DNA of 64,000 bases. Origin: an uncultured delta proteobacterium (GTDB taxonomy: Bacteria > Desulfobacterota > Binatia > Bin18). The DNA lies in the NCBI GenBank assembly GCA_963733195.1, contig CAVTCR010000008.1, positions 35,031 through 99,030 of the forward strand. Direction: 5' to 3'. A program made the translations under genes and the position numbers. The notes under the pieces were generated by a model. That model was not told the DNA's origin and ran no database searches. It worked only from the letters and a program-made list of their open reading frames with translations. Positions 11,131 through 23,091 of the stretch are shown piece by piece; the first letter of the stretch is position 1, and each line of letters begins with the position of its first letter.

Positions 11131-12055
11131 ATGGCAGAGAGAGTATGACATTATCATCGTCGGTGGCGGTGCTGCTGGGTTCACGGCTGGACTCTATGCT
11201 GCCCGTGACCGTTGTAAAGCCCTCGTGCTTGAGCGCTTCTCTGCCGGCGGACAAGTGTTGAACTGCGAACATATCGAAAACTATCCTGGCTTCCCGGATG
11301 GTGTTGCAGGCTATTCGCTTGGTCCGATGCTGCAGCAGCAGGCAACCAATATGGGCGTCGAGATGAAACTTGCAGAAGTGCAAAGCCTTCGTCTCGACGG
11401 GAGCACAAAGGTTCTGCAAACCGACGATGGTGAATTTCGCGCTAAAGCCTTAATCGTTGCCTGCGGTTCCAGCTTCACCAAACTTGGTATTCCGGGAGAG
11501 GAAGAGTTTGTTGGTCGTGGAGTGTCGCACTGCGCATCGTGTGACGGCTCGTTTTTTATGAACGAACCGGTTGCAGTGATTGGCGGCGGTGATGCTGCCC
11601 TGGATGAGGGTATCCATCTCGCACAGTATGTATCGCAGGTCACGGTCATTCACCGTCGTGATCAGTTGCGTGCCTGCACGATGCTGCAAGAACGTGCTCG
11701 TGCCAATGAGAAGTTACAGTTCCGTTGGAACACCGTGGTCCGTGCTATTGAAGGGAGCGAGGGAGTGCAGCGGCTCCAACTTGAAGATGTAAAGACCGGT
11801 GAACATTCCCAATTGGAGGTCACCGGGGCGTTTATTTTTGCCGGTCTGACGCCGAACACGGAGTTTCTGAAGGGCCGAGTTCCGCTCTCTGAAAGTGGAC
11901 AGGTTGTGACCGATCTCTGGATGCGTACTGCTGTCCCAGGCATCTTTGCAGCAGGTGATGTGCGCGTCGATTCTTCCCGGCAACTGATCTCCGCGGCTGG
12001 AGATGGAGCAACGGCTGCATTAGCGGCAATTCGTTACGTGCGGACAGGTGAGTGA
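11131..12055 (+). CDS. trxB: thioredoxin-disulfide reductase
   Basis: YDIIIVGGG, ENYPGF, GVSHCASCDG, IGGGDAA, GIFAAGD. Confidence 0.92.
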
Positions 12056-12105
12056 GGCTTTGTAAGGGGAGGTTTTTCACCGAGTAAAAAACGGACCGTT
12101 AGTTT

Positions 12106-12163
12106 CCTGGGAGCGCGACCGTTTCGGTCGCTTTTAACGAAGGCGAGATGCCTGTGCTCCCAG
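12106..12163. repeat. REP-like palindrome downstream of trxB
   Basis: CTGGGAGC...GCGACCGTTTCGGTCGC...GCTCCCAG. Confidence 0.55.
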
Positions 12164-12240
12164 ACCTCATACTGAGGATGCCCCAATATCATAACGGAGC
12201 TTCAGCCTCTGGATGATAGCTTTCATTCAAGGAGGTACGC

Positions 12241-13521
12241 ATGCGCCTGGCAGTCTTAGCTATGGTCGCTATCATGGCGTGCTGCACAGTTGCGTGCCGT
12301 AACGATCTGCAACAAGGCACTGTCATCACTTTCCCAGGGAGTGCAGTGGGCGCTGAGGCGGATGTGCTCCGCCGCCAGCTTACTCGCTTTATGGCGGATC
12401 ATCCGGAGATTATCGTGGTCCAGCGCACAACCCCGGACGCGGCTGACCAGCGCCATCAGCTCTATGTGCAGTGGCTCAACGCGGGTGCGGACGATCCTGA
12501 TATTTTGCAGCTTGACATTATCTGGACAGCGGAGTTTGCGGCGGCTGGCTGGCTCTTACCTTTAGATTCTTTTGCGCCCGACCTCGCCAGTTTCTTTCCT
12601 GTCACGGTCGCCGCCAACCGCTGGGAGGGAAAGCTCTACGCACTCCCATGGTTTGTCGATGTTGGGATGCTCTATTGGCGCACGGACTTGCTCGATCGCC
12701 CTCCTCTGAGCTTTGCCGAGCTTGCCCGTCAGGCAACCGAGGCACAGGTGCGGACAGGACTCCCGTTTGGCTTTGTCTGGCAGGGAGCCCGCTATGAAGG
12801 GCTGGTTACCGTCTTTCTCGAGCACCTCGGGGGTTTTGGCGGGCGCATTTTTGACGACGCTGGCCGTGTGGTGGTTGATGCAACCCCTGCAGTCCGCGCC
12901 CTCACCTACATGCGAGACTCTATCTATCAGAGTGGCGTTGTTCCCCAGGCTACGCTCACTTGGCAAGAAGAGCAGACGCGCTTTGCGTTCCAGAATGGAC
13001 AAGCTGTTTTCATGCGGAATTGGCCATACGCGGCTGCACTCTTGCAAGATCGTGCCGAGTCACAAGTGGCCGGCAGGTTCGCGGTTGCTCCTATGCCTGC
13101 TTCGCTGGGCGGCTCACCAACAGCAGTGTTGGGTGGGTCTCAACTCGCAATCAACGCGAACAGTAACCATCCCCACGCCGCGTACGCGGTCATTACATAC
13201 CTCCTGCAACCGGAACAGATGCGTGAGCGTGCCCAAGTCGTCGGCCAGTACCCACCACGCGTCACCTTGTACCAAGACAACGCCCTTACTAACGCGCTCG
13301 CAGTTCCACCTGAACAGGTACGTCGTGTGATCGAGCGAGCAGTACCGCGCCCAATCACGCCAGTATACGCTGAACTCTCAGAGATTTTGCAGATTCGACT
13401 GCATCGTGCCCTGACACGACAGCAGGAACCAGCAGATGCTCTTGCGGATGCAGCCAGAGCAATGCGTGAACTTCTGGAAAAGGTCGGCCTTGCTTCAGGA
13501 ACGTATGATGAGCAGCGGTAG
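12241..13521 (+). CDS. sugar (trehalose/maltose-type) ABC substrate-binding lipoprotein
   Basis: Lipobox, DIIWTAEFA, YEGLV, FMRNWPY; neighbours treS. Confidence 0.88.
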   Translation: MRLAVLAMVAIMACCTVACRNDLQQGTVITFPGSAVGAEADVLRRQLTRFMADHPEIIVVQRTTPDAADQRHQLYVQWLNAGADDPDILQLDIIWTAEFAAAGWLLPLDSFAPDLASFFPVTVAANRWEGKLYALPWFVDVGMLYWRTDLLDRPPLSFAELARQATEAQVRTGLPFGFVWQGARYEGLVTVFLEHLGGFGGRIFDDAGRVVVDATPAVRALTYMRDSIYQSGVVPQATLTWQEEQTRFAFQNGQAVFMRNWPYAAALLQDRAESQVAGRFAVAPMPASLGGSPTAVLGGSQLAINANSNHPHAAYAVITYLLQPEQMRERAQVVGQYPPRVTLYQDNALTNALAVPPEQVRRVIERAVPRPITPVYAELSEILQIRLHRALTRQQEPADALADAARAMRELLEKVGLASGTYDEQR

Positions 13522-14425
13522 GAAGACGATCGAGATGCAACGGAGCGAGCACCAATTCGCATGGCTCCTGGTGTTACCGGCGCTGGGCACGATTGTGCTG
13601 ATCGCGTTCTTCCCTCTGCTGTGGACGGTCTGGGATTCGTTCCACGTCCACGACCTGCGCATGCCGTGGCGCGGCCAGCCCTTTATCTGGTTCACGAATT
13701 ACACCGAAGCACTCACAGACGCGCGATTCTGGGAGGCAGTCGCTCATACGGTGTTCTTTACCCTGAGTAGTGTGACTGTGGAACTTGTTTTGGGGCTTCT
13801 CCTGGCCCTTGCACTTCATCACTCTTACCACGGACGCGGCCTCGTGCGTGCAGCGGTGTTATTGCCGTGGGCGATCCCGACGGTAGTCACGGCGCTCGTG
13901 TGGAGGTTTATGTTCGAAAGCCCTTCCGGCATCGTCAACGCCGTGCTGATAGACATGGGTCTGGGGGCTGAGCCCATAGTCTGGTTCATCCACACTACGA
14001 CAGCGTGGGTCCCAATCATCCTGGCTGATGTATGGAAGACTACGCCGTTTGTCGCGTTGCTGCTGCTGGCCGGGCTGCAAAACATTGATCCCTCACTCTA
14101 CGAGGCAGCACGGGTTGACGGAGCACGCCCCTGGCGGCAATTCATCCACATCACACTTCCTCTCTTACAGCCGGCCCTGTTAGTCGCGCTCATTTTCCGC
14201 ACGCTTGACGCCTTCCGCGTGTTCGATTTGATTTATGTGATGACTGGCGGCGGCCCAGGCACGGCAACCGAACCGATCGCGCTCTATACGTTCAACGTGC
14301 TCTTCCAAAACCTCCGTTTCGGCTTTGGTGCGGCGCTCTCGGTCTTGATCTTCCTGGTAACTTTCGCGTTGGCGCTGCTTTACATCCGCGTGCTCGGCCG
14401 AGATGTCATAGGGTCGTCACCATGA
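13505..14425 (+). CDS. sugar ABC permease (MalF-like)
   Basis: DVWKTTPF, LYEAARVDGA EAA motif. Confidence 0.92.
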   Translation: MMSSGRKTIEMQRSEHQFAWLLVLPALGTIVLIAFFPLLWTVWDSFHVHDLRMPWRGQPFIWFTNYTEALTDARFWEAVAHTVFFTLSSVTVELVLGLLLALALHHSYHGRGLVRAAVLLPWAIPTVVTALVWRFMFESPSGIVNAVLIDMGLGAEPIVWFIHTTTAWVPIILADVWKTTPFVALLLLAGLQNIDPSLYEAARVDGARPWRQFIHITLPLLQPALLVALIFRTLDAFRVFDLIYVMTGGGPGTATEPIALYTFNVLFQNLRFGFGAALSVLIFLVTFALALLYIRVLGRDVIGSSP

Positions 14426-15244
14426 AACGCTGGACACGGTGGAGTGTCATCGCCGGCATGGGGATCATAGTAGCCGCTATGATCTTGCCGTTGTATTGGG
14501 CAATTGTTGCGTCCCTCACACCCGAGACCCAGCTTTTTGCAGCTCCCTCTCTTTTTCCTGCGACCCTCGTGTTGGACCACTACTCGCGCGCTGTTTGCCG
14601 AACGGAATTTCTGGGTCCCTATCCGCAACTCACTCATCGTCGCCAGCACCACTACCGTCTTCTGTGTCGTGCTTGGCGCCCCGTGCGCTTATGCTCTCGC
14701 TCGCTTGCGGTTTCGCTGGAACGCCCAGATTCTGGGAGTGATCCTTGCAGTAACCATGTTTCCGCAAATTGCGATCGTGTCACCGCTTTACCTCCTACTG
14801 AGAGCGTTGCACCTCATCAACACGTATCCAGGCTTGATTCTCCCTTATCTGACCTTCGCTATGCCGCTGACCGTGTGGTTGCTGGTTGGCTTCTTCCGTC
14901 AACTCCCACGAGAACTCGAGGAAGCAGCAATGGTAGATGGTGCAAGTCGGTTGCGCGCGTTCTGGGAGATTATCCTTCCTCTCTCACTGCCAGGATTGGC
15001 AACCACCGCGATTCTCACGTTCATTTACTGTTGGAACGAGTTCCTTTTTGCGTTGGCGTTTACGCTTGGTCCCGAACGACAGACGGTACCCGTCGCGCTC
15101 GCTCTTTTTCGTGGTCAGTACCAGGTGCCATGGGGTCAGATTCTCGCTGCGGCTACAATCGCTACTATTCCAGTCGCCGGGTTGATCTTGCTCTGCCAGC
15201 GACAGATCGTACACGGGCTGGTCGCCGGGGCAGTGAAAGGGTGA
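14422..15244 (+). CDS. sugar ABC permease (MalG-like)
   Basis: ELEEAAMVDGA, WNEFLFA, GAVKG C-terminus; one frameshift. Confidence 0.92.
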
Positions 15245-15247
15245 GCA

Positions 15248-16342
15248 GTGGCGACGATCAGACTAGAAAACATTCACAAGACGTATACCGGCGGCCAACC
15301 TGTTATCTCCGACCTCGATCTTGAGGTCACCGATGGTGAACTAGTTGTCTTGGTAGGACCGTCTGGCTGCGGGAAGAGTACCGTCCTACGTATCGTCGCC
15401 GGTTTGGAAACTCCCACCCGCGGCCGCGTGTTCCTCGGCGAGCACAACGTCACCAATCTTCCTCCACAGGATCGCAACATCGCCATGGTCTTTCAGAACT
15501 ACGCCCTCTACCCACATAAGAGTGTGCGCGAGAACTTGATGTTTGGTCTACGCATGCGCGACGTCCCAAGCACCGTCATCACGGAACGAGTAGAAAGGAT
15601 AGCTACGACTCTCGGCATTACACCGTTGCTGGACCGCAAACCCTCTCAGCTTTCCGGCGGTCAGCGTCAACGTGTAGCGTTGGGCCGTGCGCTGGTGCGT
15701 GAGCCGCACGCCTTCCTCCTCGATGAACCGCTCTCAAACCTCGACGTGAAACTCCGGATTGATACGCGGGCGGAACTCGCGCGGCTGCATAGACGCCTGG
15801 GAGCAACGATGCTCTACGTGACACACGATCAAGAGGAAGCCATGACGTTAGGAGATCGAGTCGCCGTGCTGCACAACGGTCGTCTCCAGCAAATGGCGCC
15901 TCCTCTGGACGTATACCGCCGACCGGCGAACGTTCTCGTCGCTGGATTTCTCGGCTCACCAACCATGAACTTCATTCACGGCGAGTTGGATGAGGAACGG
16001 GGCAGCGTACGGTTCAAGTGTTCGGCTTTTGTTTTGGCAATAGGTGATACCTACAGACTACATGCTAAGCGCAGAGACGTTGTGCTTGGTGTGCGTCCGC
16101 AAGATGTGGAGGTGGTCTCCTCGCCTGATGAAGCCGATGTAACAGCTCGTGTTGATATCATCGAGTCACGAGGCAACGATCTCGTGCTACATCTGGAGCT
16201 GATAGCAGAAAACGACGGGCACACGCTGACCCTCGTGACCTCCTCAGAGGAAGAAGTTGCTGTCGATGATTGGCTTGGCCTTCGTTTCCGGCGCGACCAC
16301 CTCCATTTTTTCGACCTCGACAGTGGAACGAGGCTACACTAA
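15248..16342 (+). CDS. sugar ABC ATP-binding protein (MalK/UgpC-like)
   Basis: GPSGCGKS, VFQNYALYPH, LSGGQRQ, TOBE C-terminus. Confidence 0.95.
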   Translation: MATIRLENIHKTYTGGQPVISDLDLEVTDGELVVLVGPSGCGKSTVLRIVAGLETPTRGRVFLGEHNVTNLPPQDRNIAMVFQNYALYPHKSVRENLMFGLRMRDVPSTVITERVERIATTLGITPLLDRKPSQLSGGQRQRVALGRALVREPHAFLLDEPLSNLDVKLRIDTRAELARLHRRLGATMLYVTHDQEEAMTLGDRVAVLHNGRLQQMAPPLDVYRRPANVLVAGFLGSPTMNFIHGELDEERGSVRFKCSAFVLAIGDTYRLHAKRRDVVLGVRPQDVEVVSSPDEADVTARVDIIESRGNDLVLHLELIAENDGHTLTLVTSSEEEVAVDDWLGLRFRRDHLHFFDLDSGTRLH

Positions 16343-16596
16343 AAAGCTGTGAGGAATGGCCTACTTTTGGGACAGCGACGAACACTCAGCACAGGACGGG
16401 AACCAAACTCTTACTCGGACGGTCTAAGAAAACGAGCGAAGAGTTCAGTAGCAACGTTCCTTCTTGCCCCAAAGGCGAGACACAACCGCATCTTTTCGTT
16501 GCAAACCTAGGACACCTTAAATCAAAAGACCAGAAAGTTTACGCAAACACGCTTCAAGAAAACCAACAACTCTGGCAGATCTTTTTCACGTTCTCT

Positions 16597-16612
16597 TGGT
16601 ACACCTCTTGCT
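16597..16612 (+). promoter_or_regulatory. candidate sigma54 -24/-12 promoter
   Basis: TGGTACACCTCTTGCT (GG-N10-GC) about 40 bp before the OmpA gene start. Confidence 0.5.
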
Positions 16613-16653
16613 CCTATTAATAGCTCAGAATCTTAAAGCAACGGAGGTGATCT

Positions 16654-17346
16654 ATGATGAGAAATACATTGGCAATCGTATCAACGTTCCTCTTCGTTTC
16701 GGGCTTTCCCCTGCTGAAAAGCGTTCAAGCCGACTCACAAGCAGATGCGATAAAAGCGCGGACGGCCGCAGTGGCAGAGGAAAAGGCTGAGATTGCTAAA
16801 GAAGAGGCCGAGTTAGCCAAGGCAGCTGCAGAGTTAGAAGAGAAAACGTCTGCCTTAGCAGAGAAGAAGGCTGCACTGGTGAAGAAAGAATCCGACATTA
16901 ACGAAGAGATTGCAACACGAGCTCATCGGTTGGAACAGGAACTGGCTAAACTCAAAGCCGAGGAAACCGAACGCGGTCTCGTGCTCACCCTCGGTGATGT
17001 GCTTTTCGAGTCTAATATGTCTGACCTCAAGGCTGAGGCGCTGCACGACCTCTACGTGCTGGTAACCTTCCTTAAAGAACATCCTGACCGCTACATTCTC
17101 ATTGAAGGTCACACCGACAGTGTTGGCGCGGAAGGCTATAATCTTGAACTCTCTCAGCGACGGGTTGCTGCGGTGCGTGATTTCCTCGTGCACAACGGCA
17201 TCGACCTAGAACGGATTAGCGAGCGCGGGTACGGCCAAGCGCACCCCGTGGCCTCGAATGCTACCAAGGTTGGGCGTCAGGAAAACCGCCGGGTCGAGGT
17301 CGTCATTTTGCATGGGGATGAGCGCATCGCCGAACGAATGAGGTAA
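16654..17346 (+). CDS. OmpA-family peptidoglycan-binding protein with N-terminal coiled coil
   Basis: RGLVLTLGDVLF, IEGHTDSVG, NRRVEV; signal peptide. Confidence 0.9.
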   Translation: MMRNTLAIVSTFLFVSGFPLLKSVQADSQADAIKARTAAVAEEKAEIAKEEAELAKAAAELEEKTSALAEKKAALVKKESDINEEIATRAHRLEQELAKLKAEETERGLVLTLGDVLFESNMSDLKAEALHDLYVLVTFLKEHPDRYILIEGHTDSVGAEGYNLELSQRRVAAVRDFLVHNGIDLERISERGYGQAHPVASNATKVGRQENRRVEVVILHGDERIAERMR

Positions 17347-17413
17347 GGTCCATCGACAAGCACTGCTCAATAACTCGGCCAAAGCAACAGCGGACCACCC
17401 ACAAAGCAAGAAC

Positions 17414-17572
17414 TTAGGTTACCGTGAGACAAAACCTAATCGCCAGAGGAACAGCAGCGAGCTGTCATGCGAGGAGGATAACGAAGAGTCTCTTTCGAGA
17501 GATTCTTCGCTCGCTCAGCAATGACGCCTTGGCTACCGGGTAAAGTGTAGATGTTCGTGGTGCGAAATTTAG
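17414..17572. mobile_element. MITE-like element containing a GTCAT...ATGAC REP hairpin
   Basis: Left end TTAGGTTACCGTGAGACAAAAC resembles the TIR at 54894/55217; right end GTGGTGCGAAATTTAG resembles the TIR at 57175. Confidence 0.5.
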
Positions 17573-17591
17573 AACGCATCGTCAACTGGGT

Positions 17592-17607
17592 CGGCAAAAC
17601 CGTTGCC
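17592..17607 (+). promoter_or_regulatory. weak candidate sigma54 promoter for treS operon
   Basis: CGGCAAAACCGTTGCC (GG-N10-GC). Confidence 0.3.
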
Positions 17608-17697
17608 TCATGCTATTTTTCTCAGGTCTAGCGCTGTTCGCTACCCTGGTATAACACCAAGGATACTTTTTTGCGTCGTGACGCTAGGGGAGTTGGC

Positions 17698-20600
17698 ATG
17701 GGAGGCAGGAATAGAAACACCGTCCAAAGGGCAGATGACCCACTTTGGTACAAGGACGCCATCTTCTATGAACTGCACGTACGGGCGTTTTCTGATAACT
17801 CGGGAGATGGGGTAGGAGACTTTCGCGGCCTGACGCAAAAACTCGATTATCTCCAGGACCTCGGCATTACCGTACTCTGGCTGCTGCCATTCTGTCCTTC
17901 TCCATTGAAGGATGATGGCTACGATATGTCCGACTACACTGACGTTCATCCTATCTATGGAACGCTCGCCGACTTCGAGGTATTTCTCCGCGAGGCTCAT
18001 CAGCGCGGGATTCGGGTCATTACCGAGTTAGCCTTGAACCACACCTCTGACCAGCACCCGTGGTTCCAACGCGCGCGGCGCGCCAAACCCGGCAGTTCCT
18101 GGCGTAACTTCTACGTCTGGACTGACACCCCAGAGAAATACCAGGACGCGCGCATTATCTTCAAAGACTTTGAGTCCTCTAACTGGGCATGGGATCCAGT
18201 GGCCCATGCCTACTATTGGCATCGCTTCTATTCGCACCAACCGGACCTCAACTACGACAACCCGTCCGTACGCAAAGCGATCCTGCAGGCGGTTGATTTC
18301 TGGTTTAGGCTTGGTGTGGATGGATTACGGCTTGATGCCGTGCCGTATCTCTATGAGCGGGAGGGCACGAACTGTGAAAATCTCCCAGACACCCATGCGT
18401 TCCTCAAAGAGCTCCGCCGACATGTCGACCGCCAGTTTCCTCACCGTCTGTTTTTAGCCGAGGCGAATCAGTGGCCGGAGGATGCAGCTGCCTACTTCGG
18501 CGACGGGGATGAGTGCCACATGAACTTCCATTTTCCCCTCATGCCCCGGCTGTTTATGGCGATTCAGACGGAGGATCGGTTTCCCATCCTCGATATTCTG
18601 CAACAGACCCCCGTGATCCCAGAAAATTGCCAGTGGGGTATTTTTCTGCGCAATCACGACGAACTCACCCTAGAGATGGTGACCGACGAAGAGCGGGACT
18701 ATATGTACCGTGTCTATGCTCAGGATCCCCAAGCACGGATTAATTTGGGCATCCGCCGCCGTCTAGCGCCGCTTCTGCGCAGCAACCGACGGCGGATGGA
18801 ACTGATGAACGGACTGCTCTTCTCACTACCGGGGTCTCCCATTCTCTATTACGGGGATGAGATCGGCATGGGAGATAATGTGTATCTGGGTGACCGCAAC
18901 GGGGTGCGCACCCCTATGCAGTGGAGTTCCGATCGCAACGCCGGGTTTTCGCGGGCCAACCCGCAGCGACTTTACCTTCCCATCATTATTGACCCTGAAT
19001 ATCATTACGAAGCCAGCAACGTCGATGCGCAACAACATAACCCTCATTCATTCCTCTGGTGGATGAAACGGCTGATCGCGTTGCGTAAACGTCACAAAGC
19101 GTTCGGGCGTGGTACGTTAGAGTTCCTGTATCCAGAGAACCCAAAGATTCTTGCCTTCTTGCGGCGATATCACGACGAGTGCATTCTTGTCGTGGTCAAC
19201 CTCTCGCGCTTTGTCCAGTACGTGGAGTTGGACCTTACCGCCTTCAGAGGGATCCAGCCCGTCGAAATGTTTGGTCGAGTGACCTTTCCCCCGATTGGCG
19301 ATCTGCCGTATCTCTTGACCTTGGGACCTCACTCCTTTTTTTGGTTTACCCTGGACGTCCCGCGGGGAGTCGAGACAGGAGCGGCCGCTCCTGTGGGTAC
19401 GGTGCCAACACTGCAGGTCAGAGGCTTATGTACCCAAGTCTTTCAAGCCGCAAGAGAGGAGCTCGCTTCGCTCCTGGCGCAGTACCTGAAAGGACGCCGT
19501 TGGTTTGGCGGCAAGGCGCGCCAAATTCAGTCCATCACCATACCCGAGATTGTTCACTTTCCCTACGGCACTGTGGTCGCACATCTCACGTCAATTGTCG
19601 TTGCCTACGTCGAGGGCGATCCAGAAACGTATGTACTGCCTCTCCTGGTCGCTATCGGAGAAGAAGGGGAGCGGGTACAACTGGAGGCATCACAGGTGGT
19701 GGTGGCTCGTCTGGAAGGAGAAGATGGTACAGGGGTCCTGTACGAGGTGATCGGCGAAAGCACGTTTTGTGATGCCCTTCTCGATGCGATTACCCGGCGG
19801 CGCCGGTACCGAGGGACTCTGGGAGAACTCGTTGGTGTGCCAGCGCGGACGCTGCCGCAACTCCGCGGCTCGCCCGATACCGTGCTGACACCCTCGCTCT
19901 TGAAAGCCGAGCAGAGCAATACCTCGATCGTTTATGGAGAGAAACTGATCCTCAAACTCTTCCGCCGTGTTGATGGCGGCGTGAACCCAGACCTCGAAAT
20001 GGGGCGTTTTTTGACTGAGAAGGCCGCGTATTCTCACGTCGCTCCGGTCGCCGGGGCGCTCGAGTATCGGCGGCCGCAGCAGGAGCCAATCACTGTAGCC
20101 ATTGTCCATGGTTTTGTGCCGAACGCAGGTGACGCCTGGCGCTATACTTTGGATGCACTCGATCGGTATTTCGAGGCCGCGCTGGCGCAACAGGCGACCG
20201 CACAGCCGGCCGTGCCGCAGAAGCCACTCCTGGCGCTCACGGAAGAAGAAGTTCCGCCCCTTGTCGTGAGCCCTGATGGGTTCGTACCTCACTTCAGCAC
20301 AATTGCTGGGCCAACGGACTGCCGAGCTTCACCTGGCCCTCGCGTCAGATACGACACGATCCGTCTTTCGCTCCGGAGTCGTTTTCGATGCTTTATCAGC
20401 GGTCCATTTATCAGACGATGCGGAGTCTTGCGGCCCAGTCCTTCCGGCTGCTGCGCCAGCGCCTGAAGCAACTTCCGGAAGCCATCCTCGCGGAAGCCCG
20501 TCACGTCCTTGACTTGGAAGGCGAAGTATTGCGCCGCTTCCAGATTATCTTCCGCCACAAGATCACCACGATACGGACACGCTATCACGGTGACTACCAT

Positions 20601-21050
20601 CTGGGACAAGTGCTGTACACGGGCAAAGATTTCATTATCATCGACTTCGAGGGCGAACCCGCCCGTCCGCTCAGCGAGCGACGCATGAAACGCTCGCCAC
20701 TACGCGATGTCGCTGGCATGCTGCGGTCCTTCCACTACGCGGCATATACGGTACTCTTTGATCACGTAGATAAAGGGATTCTCCACTCTCCTCCGGAAGG
20801 GCTGACCTCTTTGGAGCAGTGGGCACGCGTGTGGTACAGCGCGGTTGCAGCCACCTTTGTCAAAGCCTATCTCGAAACCGCCGCTCCAGGCGCTTTTGTC
20901 CCGCGTAACCGGGCGGACCTTCAAGTCCTGCTGGATGCCTTCCTGCTGGAAAAAGCCGTCTATGAGCTCAGCTATGAACTCAACAATCGCCCAGAGTGGA
21001 TACGGATCCCACTGCGGGGTATTGTCCAACTCTTGGAAACCGCAGGGTAA
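17698..21050 (+). CDS. treS: trehalose synthase fused to maltokinase (TreS-Mak)
   Basis: [28 protein letters not shown]; C-terminal [20 protein letters not shown]; frameshifts near 20270-20390. Confidence 0.95.
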
Positions 21051-21057
21051 AGCAACG

Positions 21058-23091
21058 ATGGCGCGGAGCACAGATAAGACAACCCGATCACCACGTAAGC
21101 AGACGACCGAGCGTAGGAAACGTGTACGCTCCGGCAAGGCTGCCGTGCACCAGGACCTGATTCTCGCCGACCGCATCTTCTTAGGAGAACAAGATCTCCA
21201 CTTCTTTAACGAAGGGACACACCTGCGCTTGTACGAAAAGCTGGGTGCCCATCCGTTGTCGTGGACGGCGTCTGCAGGTACGGCTTTTGCGGTGTGGGCA
21301 CCGAATGCCGAGCAGGTCTCTGTGATCGGCGAGTTCAATGACTGGAACACGACGAGTCATCCACTCTCTGCCAAAGGGCAGTCGGGTATCTGGGAGCGAT
21401 TCTTCCCTGGCATCGAGAAAGGAACCACGTACAAATATCATATCACTTCTCGTTATAACGGCTATCACGTCGATAAGGCGGACCCGTTCGCGTTCTCCAC
21501 GGAACAACCACCGAGAACCGCGTCGGTGGTGTGGGATCTCTCCTACACGTGGAGCGACCACGAGTGGTTGCAACACCGCCGTCGCCGCAACGCTCTGGAT
21601 GCACCGATGGCAATTTACGAAATCCACCTCGGCTCTTGGCGGCGCGTGCCGGAAGAAAACCACCGCTCGCTCACATACAGAGAACTCGCGCCGCAACTCG
21701 CCGAGTATGTCGAGCGGATGGGGTTCTCTCATGTTGAATTCTTGCCGGTCATGGAGCACCCATTCTATGGCTCGTGGGGCTACGAGGTCAGTGGATATTT
21801 CGCTCCCACCAGCCGTTATGGCACCCCGCAGGACCTGATGTATCTGATCGACTACCTGCATCAACATAACATCGGCGTGATTTTAGACTGGGTCCCGGCA
21901 CATTTCCCCCGAGATGAGCATAGCCTGGGATACTTCGATGGGACCCATCTGTTCGAGCATGATGATCCGCGGCAAGGTGTCCATCCAGATTGGGACAGCT
22001 TTATTTTTAACTATGGGCGCGCCGAGGTGCAGAGCTTCCTTCTCAGTAACGCGTTGTTTTGGCTTGACATGTATCACGTTGATGGCCTGCGCATCGACGC
22101 AGTGGCGTCGATGCTCTATCTGGACTACTCACGAAAAGACGGCGAGTGGATTCCCAACGAACACGGCGGACGCGAGAACCTCCACGCCGTTGAGTTCCTG
22201 CGCCGCGTGAACGAGGAAGTCTATAAGCACTATCCGGATGTCCAAACCATCGCTGAGGAATCGACCGCCTGGCCGATGGTTTCTCGTCCTCTCTATTTGG
22301 GCGGACTCGGCTTCGGTTTGAAGTGGGACATGGGTTGGATGCACGACATGCTCCATTACCTGTCGCTGGACCCGGTCCACCGCAAACATCATCACAACGA
22401 GTTAACCTTTCGTCAGCTCTATGCGTTTACTGAGAACTTTGTCCTCCCCCTCTCGCACGACGAGGTCGTTCATGGGAAAGGCTCACTGCTCAACAAGATG
22501 CCCGGGGATGAGTGGCAGAAGTTTGCGAATCTGCGGCTGTTGTTCGGATACCAGTACGCCCAACCGGGCAAGAAACTGCTGTTCATGGGTGATGAGTTTG
22601 GTCAGTCGAACGAGTGGAATCACGACACCAGTCTCGACTGGCACCTATTGGAGTATCCCGTGCATACCGGGCTGCAGCGGTGGGTCTCGGATTTGAACCG
22701 ACTCTACTGTCGTGAGCCAGCCCTTTATGAACGTGATTGTGAGGCGGCGGGCTTCAGGTGGGTCGATTGTAATGACTCCGAGCAGAGTGTCGTGAGCTTC
22801 CTGCGTACGGGACGAACGACAGAGGATACTATTCTCGTCGTCTGTAATTTCACTCCCGTACCACGCCACAACTATCACGTCGGTGTCCCACATGGAGGAT
22901 TCTGGCGCGAGGTCTTGAACAGCGATGCTCAGGATTACGGCGGCAGCCATCAGGGCAACACAGGAGGGAGGGAAGCCAACCCCGTTGCCCAGCACGGCCA
23001 CTTCCACTCCCTGACGCTGACCTTGCCGCCGTTAGCGGTGGTGTTTCTGAAGAGCGAAAGGCACGCACCAGCCGAGGAGCGCCAGGCATGA
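21058..23091 (+). CDS. glgB: 1,4-alpha-glucan branching enzyme
   Basis: [39 protein letters not shown]. Confidence 0.96.
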   Translation: MARSTDKTTRSPRKQTTERRKRVRSGKAAVHQDLILADRIFLGEQDLHFFNEGTHLRLYEKLGAHPLSWTASAGTAFAVWAPNAEQVSVIGEFNDWNTTSHPLSAKGQSGIWERFFPGIEKGTTYKYHITSRYNGYHVDKADPFAFSTEQPPRTASVVWDLSYTWSDHEWLQHRRRRNALDAPMAIYEIHLGSWRRVPEENHRSLTYRELAPQLAEYVERMGFSHVEFLPVMEHPFYGSWGYEVSGYFAPTSRYGTPQDLMYLIDYLHQHNIGVILDWVPAHFPRDEHSLGYFDGTHLFEHDDPRQGVHPDWDSFIFNYGRAEVQSFLLSNALFWLDMYHVDGLRIDAVASMLYLDYSRKDGEWIPNEHGGRENLHAVEFLRRVNEEVYKHYPDVQTIAEESTAWPMVSRPLYLGGLGFGLKWDMGWMHDMLHYLSLDPVHRKHHHNELTFRQLYAFTENFVLPLSHDEVVHGKGSLLNKMPGDEWQKFANLRLLFGYQYAQPGKKLLFMGDEFGQSNEWNHDTSLDWHLLEYPVHTGLQRWVSDLNRLYCREPALYERDCEAAGFRWVDCNDSEQSVVSFLRTGRTTEDTILVVCNFTPVPRHNYHVGVPHGGFWREVLNSDAQDYGGSHQGNTGGREANPVAQHGHFHSLTLTLPPLAVVFLKSERHAPAEERQA